Below are positions 20,421-34,214 of a DNA stretch of 64,000 nt, one piece after another (within the stretch, counting starts at the first letter, position 1; each line of letters begins with the position of its first letter). The notes under the pieces were generated by a model, which saw nothing but the letters and a program-made list of their open reading frames with translations, made no database searches and was not told the DNA's origin. The position numbers and the translations under genes are program-made. The stretch covers positions 7,802 to 71,801 of the forward strand of contig DATFRI010000055.1 in the NCBI GenBank assembly GCA_035263405.1. The letters are read 5' to 3'. Source of the stretch: Actinomycetes bacterium (GTDB taxonomy: Bacteria; Actinomycetota; CALGFH01).

Positions 20421-23384
20421 GTGACCGTGCCGCCGTCGTCGCTCACCCGGCTCGGCTTCGAACGACCCGAGCTCGCCGCCACCTCGCTGGCGTGCCTCGG
20501 CGCATGGCCGCCGCAGGGCGCCGGCGGGGAGGCGCTGCTCGCCGAGCTGGCCGCCAGCGCCGGGCCCGACCTCGCCGCGCGCGTGCTCGCCGACCTGGCC
20601 GTCGCCGGCTACGACCCGTCCGGCCTGGCCGCGGCGCTGCGCAGCGAGACGGGGTTCCGGCGCCGGCTGATCGCGGTCACCGCGGCGAGCCGCTCGATCG
20701 GGAGCTGGCTGGTCGCCAACCCGGCCGAGGCGCTGTGGCTGGACGACGACGCGCGCTTCGCCGGCCCGCGCTCCACCGCCGACCTGCGCGCCGGCGCGCT
20801 CACGGCCGTCGACGGCGCGGCGCCGGACGCGGACGCGGGCTGGGACGCCCTGCGCAGGTTCAAGCGGCGCGAGTTCGTGCGCATCGCCGTGCGGGACCTG
20901 ACCGGGGTCGAGGCGTCCACCGAGCAGGTCGGCGCCGAGCTGGCCGGGCTCGCCGAGGCGTGCCTGGAGGCGGCGCTGGCGCTGGCGCTGCGGGCCCGGG
21001 GCGGCCGGCCCGCGGCGCGGATCGCGCTGCTCGGGATGGGCAAGCTCGGCGGGTCGGAGCTGAACTACGTCAGCGACGTGGACGTGCTCGCCTGCCACGA
21101 GCCCGCCGAGGGCGTGGCGCCGGACGAGGCCGCGCGGGTCGCCGCGCTGGTCGTGCGCGCGATCGTCCGCGGCCTGTCGACGCCCACCACCGAGGGCGTG
21201 TGCTACCGGGTGGACCTCAACCTGCGCCCCGAGGGGCGGGACGGGCCGCTGTCGCGCACGCTCGGCTCCTACCGGGCGTACTGGGACCGCTGGGCGGAGC
21301 CGTGGGAGTTCCAGGCGCTGCTCAAGGTCCGCCCGGTCGCCGGGGACGCGGACCTGGCCGAGCGGTTCCGGGCCGAGGCGGCCGCGCGCGTGTACCCCGA
21401 GCGGCTGGAGGCCGGCATGATCGCCGAGATCCGCCGGATGAAGGCGCGGGTGGAGGCGTCGATCGCCGACCGCCTGGTCGCCGACCGGCACGTCAAGCAC
21501 GGGCCGGGCGGGATCCGTGACATCGAGTGGGCGGTGCAGCTGCTCCAGCTCGTCCACGGCCGCCAGGACCCGGCGCTGCGGGCCGGCCCGACGCTCGCGG
21601 CGCTCGGCGCGCTCGCCGGGTCGGGCCTGGTCGGCCGCGAGGACGCCGACCGGCTCGCCGCCGCCTACCGGTTCCTGCGCACGCTGGAGCACCGGCTGCA
21701 GCTCGCCGACGAGCGCCAGACGCACGTGCTGCCCGAGCGGGAGGCGGAGCGCGCCTGGCTGGCGCGGGTGCTCGGGTTCCGCGACGGGCCGGGCGGCTCG
21801 GCGCTGGCGGCCTTCGAGGCCGAGCGCCGCCGCCACGCGGTCACCGTCCGCACCCTGCACGAGAAGCTGTTCTACCGCCCGCTGCTGGAGGCGTTCGGCG
21901 CGGTCGGGCCGCTCGCCCCCGAGCAGGAGCGCGACCGGCTGGTCGGCCTCGGCTTCGCCGCGCCCGAGCGGGCCGTGGCGCACCTCCAGGCGCTCACCGG
22001 CGGGCTGTCGCGCAGCGCGGCGCTCATGCGCGTCACCCTGCCGGTGATGCTGCCGTGGATCGCGGCCGCCCCCGACCCGGACGCGGGCCTGCTGGCCCTG
22101 CGGACGATCGCGGAGAAGCTGGAGGACCGGCCCACGTTCCTGGCGATCCTGCGCGAGAACCCGGTCGCCGCCGAGCGGCTGTGCGCGGTGCTCGGCACCT
22201 CGCCGCTGCTGGGCGGGCTGATCGCCCACCATCCCGAGCTGGTCGACGCGTTCGCCGACGACCGCCGCCTGGCCGCGCCGCAGCCGCGGGAGGAGCTGCG
22301 CTCCGAGGCGCAGGCCGCCGTCGAGCTGCACCGCGACCCGGACGGCGCCGAGGACGCCCTGCGGCGGTTCCAGCGGCGCCAGCTCGTGCGGGTCGCCGTG
22401 CGCGACCTCGTCCTGGACGGCGCCGGGGTGGAGGTCGGCACCGAGCTGACCGCGCTCGCCGAGCAGTGCGTGCAGGCGGCGCTCGCGCTCGCGCTGCGGG
22501 AGCACGGCGACCGGGCCGCGCTCCGGATCGCGCTGCTCGGGATGGGCAAGCTCGGCGGGTCGGAGCTGAACTACGTCAGCGACCTGGACCTCCTGGTCTG
22601 CCACGAGGCCGCCGAGGAGGTCGGCGCCGACGAGGGCGCGCGCGCGGCCGCCCGGATCGTGCAGACGTTCGTGCACGCGCTCGGCGCCGCCACCCGCGAG
22701 GGGCGCTGCTACGCGGTCGACCTGGACCTGCGGCCGGAGGGGCGGGACGGGGCGCTGTCGCGGACCCTCGGCTCCTACCGGGCGTACTGGGACCGCTGGG
22801 CGGAGCCGTGGGAGTTCCAGGCGCTGCTCAAGGCCCGCCCGGTCGCCGGGGACGCGGACCTGGCCGCGCGCTTCTGCGCCGAGGCCGGCGCGCGCGTGTT
22901 CGCCAAGGCGCTGGACGCGGCCACCGTCGCCGAGATCCGCAAGGTCAAGGCCCGGGTGGAGACCGAGCGGCTACCGCGCGGCGCGGATCCCAGGCTGCAC
23001 CTCAAGCTCGGCCCCGGAGCGGTCGCCGACGTGGAGTGGACCGTGCAGCTCCTGCAGCTCCAGCACGGCGCCGCCGAGCCCGCGCTGCGGGTGCCGTCCA
23101 CGCGCCTGGCGCTCGCGCGGCTGCGCGCCGCCGGGCTCCTCGACGGCCGCGAGCACGACTGGCTGCTGGGCGCCTACGAGCTGTGCACCCGGCTGCGCAA
23201 CGTGGGCTACCTGGTCACGGGGCGGCTGATGGACCAGCTCCCCACCGACCCGGCGGTCCTGACCCGCATGGCGCGGGCCCTGGAGCTGCCCGGCGAGCGG
23301 CAGGAGCTGATGGAGGCCCACCGCCGCGCGACCCGCCGCGCCCGCCAGGTGGTCGAGCAGCGCTTCTGGGGCGGCCGGCTGTAG
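20421..23384 (+). CDS. glnE: bifunctional glutamine synthetase adenylyltransferase / adenylyl-removing enzyme
   Basis: There are two nucleotidyltransferase halves, each with LGMGKLGGSELNYVSD and RLRPEGRDG.LSRTLGSYRAYWDRWAEPWEFQALLK. I preferred GTG 20421 after GGGGGGAG over GTG 20385, the start of the longest ORF. Confidence 0.92.
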   Translation: MTVPPSSLTRLGFERPELAATSLACLGAWPPQGAGGEALLAELAASAGPDLAARVLADLAVAGYDPSGLAAALRSETGFRRRLIAVTAASRSIGSWLVANPAEALWLDDDARFAGPRSTADLRAGALTAVDGAAPDADAGWDALRRFKRREFVRIAVRDLTGVEASTEQVGAELAGLAEACLEAALALALRARGGRPAARIALLGMGKLGGSELNYVSDVDVLACHEPAEGVAPDEAARVAALVVRAIVRGLSTPTTEGVCYRVDLNLRPEGRDGPLSRTLGSYRAYWDRWAEPWEFQALLKVRPVAGDADLAERFRAEAAARVYPERLEAGMIAEIRRMKARVEASIADRLVADRHVKHGPGGIRDIEWAVQLLQLVHGRQDPALRAGPTLAALGALAGSGLVGREDADRLAAAYRFLRTLEHRLQLADERQTHVLPEREAERAWLARVLGFRDGPGGSALAAFEAERRRHAVTVRTLHEKLFYRPLLEAFGAVGPLAPEQERDRLVGLGFAAPERAVAHLQALTGGLSRSAALMRVTLPVMLPWIAAAPDPDAGLLALRTIAEKLEDRPTFLAILRENPVAAERLCAVLGTSPLLGGLIAHHPELVDAFADDRRLAAPQPREELRSEAQAAVELHRDPDGAEDALRRFQRRQLVRVAVRDLVLDGAGVEVGTELTALAEQCVQAALALALREHGDRAALRIALLGMGKLGGSELNYVSDLDLLVCHEAAEEVGADEGARAAARIVQTFVHALGAATREGRCYAVDLDLRPEGRDGALSRTLGSYRAYWDRWAEPWEFQALLKARPVAGDADLAARFCAEAGARVFAKALDAATVAEIRKVKARVETERLPRGADPRLHLKLGPGAVADVEWTVQLLQLQHGAAEPALRVPSTRLALARLRAAGLLDGREHDWLLGAYELCTRLRNVGYLVTGRLMDQLPTDPAVLTRMARALELPGERQELMEAHRRATRRARQVVEQRFWGGRL

Positions 23385-23442
23385 GCGCGCCCGGACCTGG
23401 CCGGGCGGCGGTCCGCCACCGGGCGGGGCGTACGATGCCGGC

Positions 23443-24846
23443 ATGCGGATCGCGATCATCGGCGGCGGGCCGGCCGGCTACGAGGCGGCCCTGGTCGCCG
23501 CCGAGCTGGGCGCCGAGGTGCGCCTGATCAACGACGAGGGCCTCGGCGGCAACAGCGTCCTGTGGGACTGCGTCCCCTCCAAGACGCTGATCGCCTCCGC
23601 GGTCGCCTACAACTCCCTGCGGGTCGCCGACGAGCTGGGCCTGCGCCCCGCGACCGGCCGCGACCAGGCGCCGGTCGAGGTCGACTTCGCCAAGGTGCTC
23701 CGGCGTGTGCGCCGCCTGGCGGACGCCCAGTCGCGCGACATCACCGACGAGGTGCTCAAGGACGGCGCCGAGGTCGTCCACGGCCACGCCGAGCTGATCG
23801 ACCCGCACACCGTCGAGGTCACCGACCCCGGCGGCGACCGCGACCGGCTCACCGTCGACGCGGCGCTGGTCGCCACCGGCTCGGACCCCCGCACGCTCGA
23901 CACCGCCCCGACCGACGGCGAGGTGGTGCTCTCCAGCCGGGACCTCTACGGCCTCGACCGGCTGCCCGAGCACCTGGTGGTGGTCGGCTCCGGCGCGACC
24001 GGCGCCGAGTACGCCGGCGCGTTCCTGGAGTTCGGCGTCGACGTGACCTTCGTGGTCAGCCGGGACCGGGTGCTGCCCGGCGAGGACGCGGACGCCGCGC
24101 TCGCGCTCGAGGAGGTCTTCCACCAGCGCGGCATGCGCACGGTCAAGAACGCCCGCGCCGCCGCCGTGCGGCGGGCCGACGGCCACGCGGTCGTCCACCT
24201 GGAGGACGGGCGGACCCTGGAGGGCAGCCACGCGCTGCTCACCATCGGCCAGGTGCCGCAGAGCTACGGCGTCGGCCTGGAGCGGGTCGGGATCGCCGTG
24301 GACGACCACCACGCCGTCCAGGTCGACGGGGTGAGCCGCACGACCGTGCCGAACATCTACGCGGCCGGCGACGTCACCGGCAAGGTGATGCTCGCCTCGG
24401 TCGCCGCCATGCAGGGCCGCATCGCCATGTGGCACCTGCTGGGCCAGGCGGTCGCCCCGCTGCGCTGGGACGCCGTCGCCGCGACCATCTTCACCGACCC
24501 GCAGATCGCCACGGTCGGCCTGTCCGAGCAGCGCGCCCGCCGCAACGAGATCGCCGTCGAGGTCGAGAAGCTCCCCCTGGAGGGCAACTCGCGGGCGAAG
24601 ATGAACGGCCTGCGGCACGGCTTCGTCAAGCTGCTCGCCCGGCCGGGCTCGGGCACGATCGTCGGCGGCGCGGTCGTCGCCGACGACGCCTCGGACCTGA
24701 TCGCGCCGATCTCGGTAGCGGTCACGAACCGGCTCACCGCCGCGCAGCTCACGCAGGCGTTCCAGATCTACCCCTCGCTCGCCGGCTCGGTGCAGGAGGC
24801 GGCCCGCCGCCTCGCCATCCGGGTCCAGGGCGGCTACCGCTATTGA
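23443..24846 (+). CDS. flavoprotein disulfide-reductase family NAD(P)H oxidoreductase, LpdA type (not a classical E3)
   Basis: 467-aa ORF with MRIAIIGGGPAGYEAAL. The active-site region is GGNSVLWDCVPSK, so only one Cys of the CxxxxC pair remains. The C-terminus is QIYPSLAGS where HxHPTxxE is expected. This matches the pattern I recall for M. tuberculosis LpdA (Rv3303c). Confidence 0.85.
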   Translation: MRIAIIGGGPAGYEAALVAAELGAEVRLINDEGLGGNSVLWDCVPSKTLIASAVAYNSLRVADELGLRPATGRDQAPVEVDFAKVLRRVRRLADAQSRDITDEVLKDGAEVVHGHAELIDPHTVEVTDPGGDRDRLTVDAALVATGSDPRTLDTAPTDGEVVLSSRDLYGLDRLPEHLVVVGSGATGAEYAGAFLEFGVDVTFVVSRDRVLPGEDADAALALEEVFHQRGMRTVKNARAAAVRRADGHAVVHLEDGRTLEGSHALLTIGQVPQSYGVGLERVGIAVDDHHAVQVDGVSRTTVPNIYAAGDVTGKVMLASVAAMQGRIAMWHLLGQAVAPLRWDAVAATIFTDPQIATVGLSEQRARRNEIAVEVEKLPLEGNSRAKMNGLRHGFVKLLARPGSGTIVGGAVVADDASDLIAPISVAVTNRLTAAQLTQAFQIYPSLAGSVQEAARRLAIRVQGGYRY

Positions 24847-26078
24847 GCGGTCTGCGCCTGGGCGCGTACCGCTCGGTGCTGCGCTCGCCGGGCGCGCCCC
24901 GCCTGGTCGCCGCCGCGCTGGTCGGGCGGCTGCCGCAGGGCATGCTGCCGCTCGCGGTCCTGCTGACCGTCCAGGCCGCGACGGGCTCGTTCGCGGCCGC
25001 CGGCGCGGTCGTCGCCGCGTACATGGTCACCGCGGGCCTGGCCGCGCCCGTCCAGGGCCGGCTGGTCGACCGCCTGGGCCAGACCGCGGTGCTGGTACCG
25101 TGCACGGTCGTGTTCGCGACCGGCTTCACCGCGGTGGCGGCAGGTGCGGCCGCCGGCCTGCCGCCGGGCGCGCTCGCCGGGCTGGCCGCGCTCGGCGGGC
25201 TCGGCAACCCGCCGCTGGCGCCGTGCCTGCGGGCGCTGTGGGCGGCGATGCCGGACCGGGACGCGCTGCTGGAGCGCGCCTACGCGCTCGACTCCACGCT
25301 GCAGGAGCTGATCTTCATCACCGGGCCGCTGCTGGTCAGCCTGTTCCTGGCGGTGCTGTCGCCCACGGCCGCGCTGGTCGCCGCCGCGGCGCTGTCGGTC
25401 GCCGGGACGCTGCTGTTCGCCACCGCCCCGGCGTCGCGCCGCTGGCGGGGGGAGCCGCGGGCGCGCCACTGGGCCGGGGCACTGCGCGCGCCGGGGATCC
25501 GCACGGTGGTGGGGCTCGCGCCGCTGATCGCCGGCTCGATCGGCGTGGTCGAGGTGGCCGTCGCGGCGTTCGCCGAGCGGCGCGGGCAGCCCGGCGCGGC
25601 AGGGGTGCTGCTGGCCATGTGGAGCGTCGGCAGCATGGCCGGGGGCCTGTGGTACGGCACGCGCGCCTGGGCCGGGCCGGTGGAGCAGCGCTACCCGCGC
25701 CTGCTGCTGGCGGTGGCCCTCGGGTACGTCCCGCCGCTGCTGGTCGCCGCGGTGTGGCAGATGGGCGTGGTGCTCCTGGCGGCCGGCGCGTGCATCGCGC
25801 CGCTGCTGGCCTGCGGGTACCTGCTGGTGGACCGGCTGGCGCCCGCCGGCACGGTGACCGAGGCGTTCACCTGGATGCAGACCGGCTTCCTGGCCGGGCT
25901 GTCCGGGGGAGCGGCCGCCGGCGGGCTGCTCATCGACCGGCTCGGGGTGCGCGCCGCGCTCGCGGCCGCCGTGGCCGTGGCCCTGGCGGGCGCCGCCGCC
26001 GCGCGGGCCCGGCGGCCGACGCTGCGGGCGGGCCGGCCCGCGCACCGCAGGTCCGCGGAGGTGGTGATGCACGGTTGA
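24843..26078 (+). CDS. MFS transporter
   Basis: This is the C-terminal 411 codons of ORF 23562..26078. TTG 24843 overlaps the preceding stop as TTGA. About 12 hydrophobic helices are visible, plus GRLVDRLGQ (an MFS loop 2-3 motif). The start is uncertain. Confidence 0.8.
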   Translation: MSGLRLGAYRSVLRSPGAPRLVAAALVGRLPQGMLPLAVLLTVQAATGSFAAAGAVVAAYMVTAGLAAPVQGRLVDRLGQTAVLVPCTVVFATGFTAVAAGAAAGLPPGALAGLAALGGLGNPPLAPCLRALWAAMPDRDALLERAYALDSTLQELIFITGPLLVSLFLAVLSPTAALVAAAALSVAGTLLFATAPASRRWRGEPRARHWAGALRAPGIRTVVGLAPLIAGSIGVVEVAVAAFAERRGQPGAAGVLLAMWSVGSMAGGLWYGTRAWAGPVEQRYPRLLLAVALGYVPPLLVAAVWQMGVVLLAAGACIAPLLACGYLLVDRLAPAGTVTEAFTWMQTGFLAGLSGGAAAGGLLIDRLGVRAALAAAVAVALAGAAAARARRPTLRAGRPAHRRSAEVVMHG

Positions 26079-26092
26079 GCGGGGGTGGTGAC

Positions 26093-27793
26093 GTGCGGAT
26101 GGGCGGGTCGGGGCCGCAGGCCGTGACGGGGGGCCGCAGGCGGCGCCCCTGGGGGCGCCGGTGGGGGCCTGCCGCGGCCGCGCTCGCCGCGGCCGCCCTG
26201 CTCGCGGCGCTGGCGGCGACGCCGGCCGCACCGCCGGGACGGTCCCTGCCGGCGGCCGGTCCGGCCGCGCCCGGGACGGCCGCGGCCCTCGCGGCCTCCG
26301 TGGCCGCCGCGGTGCCGCTCGGCGGGCCGGCGCTGGCGTCCCCGGGCACGGGGCGGCTGGACCTGTACCGGCGCAGCGCCGGCGGCGCGGTGGTGCACCA
26401 GCGGTCCACGCCGGGGGGCGGCTGGTCGGCGAGCCTCGGCCTCGGCGGCGCCCCGACCTCCGAGCCGGGCGCGGTCTCCCGGGGCGCCGGGCGGCTGGAC
26501 GTGTTCGTGCGGGGGTCGGACGGGGCCTTGTGGCAGCGCTTCTACCGGCAGGGGTCGGGCTGGTCGGGGTGGGTGCGGCTGGGTGGCAGCCCGTCGTCCG
26601 AGCCGGCGGTGGCGTCGTGGGGTCCCGGGCGGCTGGACGTGTTCGTGCGGGGGTCGGACGGGGCCTTGTGGCAGCGCTACTTCCAGCAGGGGTCGGGCTG
26701 GTCGGCATGGGTGCGCCAGGGCGGCGCCCCGACGTCGGAGCCGGCGGCCGCAGCGCGCGGCCCGGGCCGGCTGGACGTGTTCGTGCGCGGCTCGACCGGC
26801 GCCCTGGAGCACCGCGCCTACCGGCGCGGCTCGGGCTGGTCGGCGTGGGCGAGCCTGGGCGGGGCGCTGCGCGCCGGACCGGCCGCGGCCGCGCCGGGCC
26901 AGGGCCAGGTCACGGTCGTGGCCCGGCGCGGCGACGGCCGCCTGTGGACGCGGACGGCGGGGGCCGGGCCGTTCGGGGCGTGGACCCTGGTCGACGCCGT
27001 CGGCCAGTTCCGCGGCCTGGGCGCGTGGGTGGACCTGTACGACCGCGCGCTGGTCCCGGCCGCGGCGGTCCAGGTGCTGCGCGCGCACGGCGTGCGGACC
27101 CTGTACCTGCAGACCGCGCGCTTCAGCAGCCCCGCGGACGTGGTGGACCCCGCGCGGGTGGGCGCCTGGGTCGAGCAGGCCCACGCCGCCGGGATCAGGG
27201 TGGTCGGCTGGTACCTGCCCGGCTACGGCCGGCACCTGCGCGTGGACGTGCGGCGGACGGTCGCGATCAGCGGCTACCGCAGTCCCGCCGGTCAGCGGTT
27301 CGACGCGCTCGCGGTCGACATCGAGTCGCGGGCCGCCTCGGCGTCCGTGGCCGCGTTCGACCGCGACGTCGTCGCCCACCTGGCCCGCGTGCGCGCCGCG
27401 GTCCGCGGCGCCTGGGTGGTCGGCGCGATCGTGCCGGCGCCGCTCGGCATGGAGCTCGCCCCGCGCAGCTGGGCGGGCTTCCCCTGGGCCGACATCGGGA
27501 CCTGGGCGGACGTCGTCCAGCCGATGGGCTACTGGTCCTACCGGACCGACTGCGCGACCCGGCCGCGGCACTGCCCCTACGGGTACACCGTCGGCAACGT
27601 GACGGCGGCCCGGGAGCGCACCGGCCTGCCCGTGCACGTCATCGGCGGGCTCGCCGGGGACTCCGGCCCGGCGGACGTGGCCGAGTTCGTCCGCGCCGCG
27701 CGGGACGCCGGCGCCGACGGCGGCAGCCTCTACGACCTCGCCACGACGCCGCCGGCGGCCTGGCCCCCCCTGGAGCGCCTCGGCCGGCCGTGA
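26093..27793 (+). CDS. secreted protein: five tectonin/PLL-like beta-propeller repeats plus a putative glycoside-hydrolase-like TIM-barrel domain
   Basis: GTG 26093 follows GGGGGTGG (ATG 26099 is an alternative). An Arg-rich N-terminus and hydrophobic stretch AAAALAAAALLAALAA suggest a signal sequence. The blade RLDVFVRGSDGALWQR..GSGWS.WV.LGG..SEPA occurs five times. The C-terminal half (GLGAWVDLYD...RTLYLQTARF...GIRVVGWYLPGY) resembles GHL/DUF4015-type hydrolases. Confidence 0.75.
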   Translation: MRMGGSGPQAVTGGRRRRPWGRRWGPAAAALAAAALLAALAATPAAPPGRSLPAAGPAAPGTAAALAASVAAAVPLGGPALASPGTGRLDLYRRSAGGAVVHQRSTPGGGWSASLGLGGAPTSEPGAVSRGAGRLDVFVRGSDGALWQRFYRQGSGWSGWVRLGGSPSSEPAVASWGPGRLDVFVRGSDGALWQRYFQQGSGWSAWVRQGGAPTSEPAAAARGPGRLDVFVRGSTGALEHRAYRRGSGWSAWASLGGALRAGPAAAAPGQGQVTVVARRGDGRLWTRTAGAGPFGAWTLVDAVGQFRGLGAWVDLYDRALVPAAAVQVLRAHGVRTLYLQTARFSSPADVVDPARVGAWVEQAHAAGIRVVGWYLPGYGRHLRVDVRRTVAISGYRSPAGQRFDALAVDIESRAASASVAAFDRDVVAHLARVRAAVRGAWVVGAIVPAPLGMELAPRSWAGFPWADIGTWADVVQPMGYWSYRTDCATRPRHCPYGYTVGNVTAARERTGLPVHVIGGLAGDSGPADVAEFVRAARDAGADGGSLYDLATTPPAAWPPLERLGRP

Positions 27794-27831
27794 GCCGGCG
27801 CCCCGGGTTCACCGGCGCGCCCCGGGCCGCC

Positions 27832-28674
27832 TCAGCCGGGCAGCCAGGAGACGTGGCCGCGCAGCACCAGGTAGCCGAAGCCCGCGGCGGTGTCGAGCAG
27901 CGCGTGCGCGACCACCAGCGGGAGCAGCCGGCCGCGGGCCTGGTAGATCCGGCCGAACAGCAGCCCCAGGGCGACGTTGCCGACGAAGCCCCCGAACCCC
28001 TGGTAGAGGTGGTAGGCGCCGCGCAGCAGCGCGCTCGCCGCCAGGGCCGTGCCCGGCCGCCAGCCGAGCTGGTCCAGCCGGCGCAGCAGGTAGCCGCAGA
28101 CGACGACCTCCTCCAGCAGCGCGCTGCGGACCGAGCCGAGCAGCAGCACCGGGGAGGTCCACCAGTGCCCGGCGGGCGGCGCGGCGGCCACCATCCGGTT
28201 GGCGCCGATGGTGACGGCCACGGCGTACAGGACGACGCCGACCGCGCCGACCACGGCGGCCAGCACGACGCCCTGGCCGAAGTCGCGGCCGAGCCGGCGC
28301 GCGTCCAGGCCGATGTCGGAGACCCGCTCGCCCGAGCGGTGCAGCAGGTGCACCACCAGCGCCACCGGCACCAGGTCGAACCCGATCCCGAGGAGCTGCC
28401 GGGCGAGGCCGGCGTTGGCGAACAGCGCCACGGTCTGGCCGCGCAGCGGCGCCTCGAACAGGCTGAGCACCGCGTAGGCGGCCGAGGCCAGCAGCGACAG
28501 CCCCAGCACCAGCCACACCTCGGCGCGCAGCACCGGCCGGTCGGGCAGCCGCGGAGGGCCGTCCGCGGCCGCCCCGCGGGCGCCGGCGGCGACGGCCTGG
28601 TGCGGCTCCGGGGGCGCCGGCGGGTCGCCGGGCCCGGATGCCCCCGCCCGCCCGGCGGCGTCGTGGTCGGCCAT
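27832..28674 (-). CDS. CPBP family intramembrane glutamic endopeptidase (CAAX protease-like)
   Basis: Motifs are SALLEEVVVCGYLLRRL, RGAYHLY and VVAHALLDT in a polytopic protein. I chose ATG 28674; ATG 28710 is also possible. Confidence 0.85.
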   Translation of the reverse strand: MADHDAAGRAGASGPGDPPAPPEPHQAVAAGARGAAADGPPRLPDRPVLRAEVWLVLGLSLLASAAYAVLSLFEAPLRGQTVALFANAGLARQLLGIGFDLVPVALVVHLLHRSGERVSDIGLDARRLGRDFGQGVVLAAVVGAVGVVLYAVAVTIGANRMVAAAPPAGHWWTSPVLLLGSVRSALLEEVVVCGYLLRRLDQLGWRPGTALAASALLRGAYHLYQGFGGFVGNVALGLLFGRIYQARGRLLPLVVAHALLDTAAGFGYLVLRGHVSWLPG

Positions 28675-28777
28675 GACCGCATCATCCCGCCGCGCGTGAC
28701 CGGGCGCCACCGGGGGGTGCCCCGGCCCCCGCCGGACCGGTGTGCCCCGGGCGAGGGGGAGGAGCTATCGTTGGCCG

Positions 28778-32227
<3,450 letters not shown>

Positions 32228-32352
32228 CCCCTCGGCGCACCGGCGGGGCGCAGCTCGGGGTCGCAGGACGCCTCCGGGAGGTCGCGGGGACGGGCGCGAA
32301 CCGGCATCCTTGCCTTCACGGCCTGGTGAGCGTGCCGAGGAGGTGACTTCCC

Positions 32353-33696
32353 GTGGCGCCGTTGCGAGACGAGCTGTACGTGTCCAGATTGGCACGACTG
32401 CCAGTGTATGCACCCACCGGCGAGCTGATCGGCCGGATCAGCGACGTGGTGGTGGCGCGCTCCGCGGAAGGCGCCCCGCCGGTCGTGCTCGGCCTGGTCG
32501 TGTCGGCGCAGCGCCGGCCGATCTTCATCGGCATGAACCGGATCGGCGACCTGGACCCCACCGGGGCGACCCTGCGCACCGGCGCGGTGAACCTGCGCCG
32601 CTTCCAGCTGCGCCAGGGCGAGACGCTGGTGGTCGGCGAGCTGCTCGACTCGCGCGTCACCCACCGGGAGACGGGCGAGCAGCTGCGCATCAACGACGTG
32701 GCGATCTCCCGGCGCCGCGAGGGCTGGGCGATCACCACCCTGGACGCCGTCGAGCGGTCGAGCAAGCTCGTGCCGCTGCGCCGCTCGCGCCACCGGCGGC
32801 TGCCGTGGGACCTCGTGCGCGGCCTGGAGGCCAGCGAGTCCGCCGAGAGCCGGCTGGCGGCGCTGGCCAACCTGCGCCCCGCGGACCTCGCCGCGGCGCT
32901 CCAGAGCCTGCCGAGCGCCGCCCAGCGCCAGTTCGTCGCCGAGCTGGACGACGACCGGCTCGCCAACACCCTGGAGGAGCTGCCCGAGGAGGTCCAGGCG
33001 CGCCTGCTCGGCAACCTGGACGACGAGCGCGCCGCGGACGTGCTCGAGGCCATGGACCCCGACGACGCGGCCGACCTGCTGGGCGAGCTGTCCGAGGCCG
33101 ACCGGATGCGCCTGCTGGCGCTCATGGTCCCCGACGAGGCGGCGCCGGTGCGGCGGCTGCTGGTCTACGACGAGGAGACCGCCGGCGGGCTGATGAACCC
33201 CGAGCCGGTGATCCTGCCCTCCCAGGCGACCGTCGCCGAGGCGCTCGCCCGGGTCCGCGACCCCGACCTGCCGCCCGCGCTCGCCGCGCAGGTGTTCGTG
33301 GTGCGGCCGCCGACCGAGACGCCCACCGGGCGGTACCTCGGGGTGGCCCACTTCCAGCGGCTGCTGCGCGAGCCGCCGGGGGCGAACATCGGCTCGGCGA
33401 TCGACACCGACCTGGACACCCTCTCCCCGGCGCTGCCGACGCGGCGGGTCGCGGAGTACCTGGCCACCTACGACCTGGTGGCCGCGGCGGTCTGCGACGA
33501 GCTGGGCCGGCTGCTCGGGGCCGTGTCGATCGACGACGTGCTCGACCACCTGCTCCCGTCCACCTGGCGCAACGGGGCCATCCGGCTGGCCGGCCCCCAC
33601 GACCCGGTGCGGCGCGACGAGGCGCCCCCCGCCCCCGACGAGGAGCGGAGCCTGCCGCCGGGTACGGAGGTCCCGCCGCGGGAGGTGGCCCCGTGA
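32353..33696 (+). CDS. MgtE N-terminal domain / CBS-domain protein lacking a transmembrane channel
   Basis: GTG follows GAGGAGG. The product has DDERAADVLEAMDPDDAADLLGEL (MgtE_N) and then a CBS pair. No TM segments are visible. Confidence 0.85.
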   Translation: MAPLRDELYVSRLARLPVYAPTGELIGRISDVVVARSAEGAPPVVLGLVVSAQRRPIFIGMNRIGDLDPTGATLRTGAVNLRRFQLRQGETLVVGELLDSRVTHRETGEQLRINDVAISRRREGWAITTLDAVERSSKLVPLRRSRHRRLPWDLVRGLEASESAESRLAALANLRPADLAAALQSLPSAAQRQFVAELDDDRLANTLEELPEEVQARLLGNLDDERAADVLEAMDPDDAADLLGELSEADRMRLLALMVPDEAAPVRRLLVYDEETAGGLMNPEPVILPSQATVAEALARVRDPDLPPALAAQVFVVRPPTETPTGRYLGVAHFQRLLREPPGANIGSAIDTDLDTLSPALPTRRVAEYLATYDLVAAAVCDELGRLLGAVSIDDVLDHLLPSTWRNGAIRLAGPHDPVRRDEAPPAPDEERSLPPGTEVPPREVAP

Positions 33697-34214
33697 TCTC
33701 GCGGGGGCGCAACCTCGGCCGGCCGCGGCGGGCCAAGCGCCTGCAGGCGCCGCACTACGACCCCGAGGTCTTCGGGCGCTTCTCGGAGACGATCGCGCGC
33801 TACCTCGGGACGGCCAGGTACCTGGTCTTCCAGACCGTGGTGGTGGCCTCCTGGGTCATCTGGAACGCGGTCTTCCACAACTCGTCGGCCGGCTTCGACC
33901 CCTACCCGTTCATCCTGCTCACGCTCGCGCTCAGCCTCCAGGCGTCGTACGCGGCGCCGCTGATCCTGCTCGCCCAGAACCGCCAGGAGGAGCGCGACCG
34001 CGCCGCGGCCGAGTCCGACCGGCGCGCCAACGCCCGGGCGCAGGCGGCCACCGAGTACCTCGCGCGCGAGCTGGCCGCGATCCGCCTGTCCCTGGGGGAG
34101 ATGCCGACCCGCGAGTACCTCGACGATCAGCTCACCCGGCTGCAGAAGGAGCTGGACGCCCTGCGCGAGGCCCTCGGCCCGGACCGGGGCCCGCCGCGCG
34201 CACGGCCCTCGTGA
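33693..34214 (+). CDS. DUF1003 domain-containing membrane protein
   Basis: GTG 33693 overlaps the preceding stop as GTGA. The 173-aa product has FGRFSETIARYLGTARYLVFQTVVV...DPYPFILLTLALSLQASYAAPLILLAQNRQ. Confidence 0.85.
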   Translation: MISRGRNLGRPRRAKRLQAPHYDPEVFGRFSETIARYLGTARYLVFQTVVVASWVIWNAVFHNSSAGFDPYPFILLTLALSLQASYAAPLILLAQNRQEERDRAAAESDRRANARAQAATEYLARELAAIRLSLGEMPTREYLDDQLTRLQKELDALREALGPDRGPPRARPS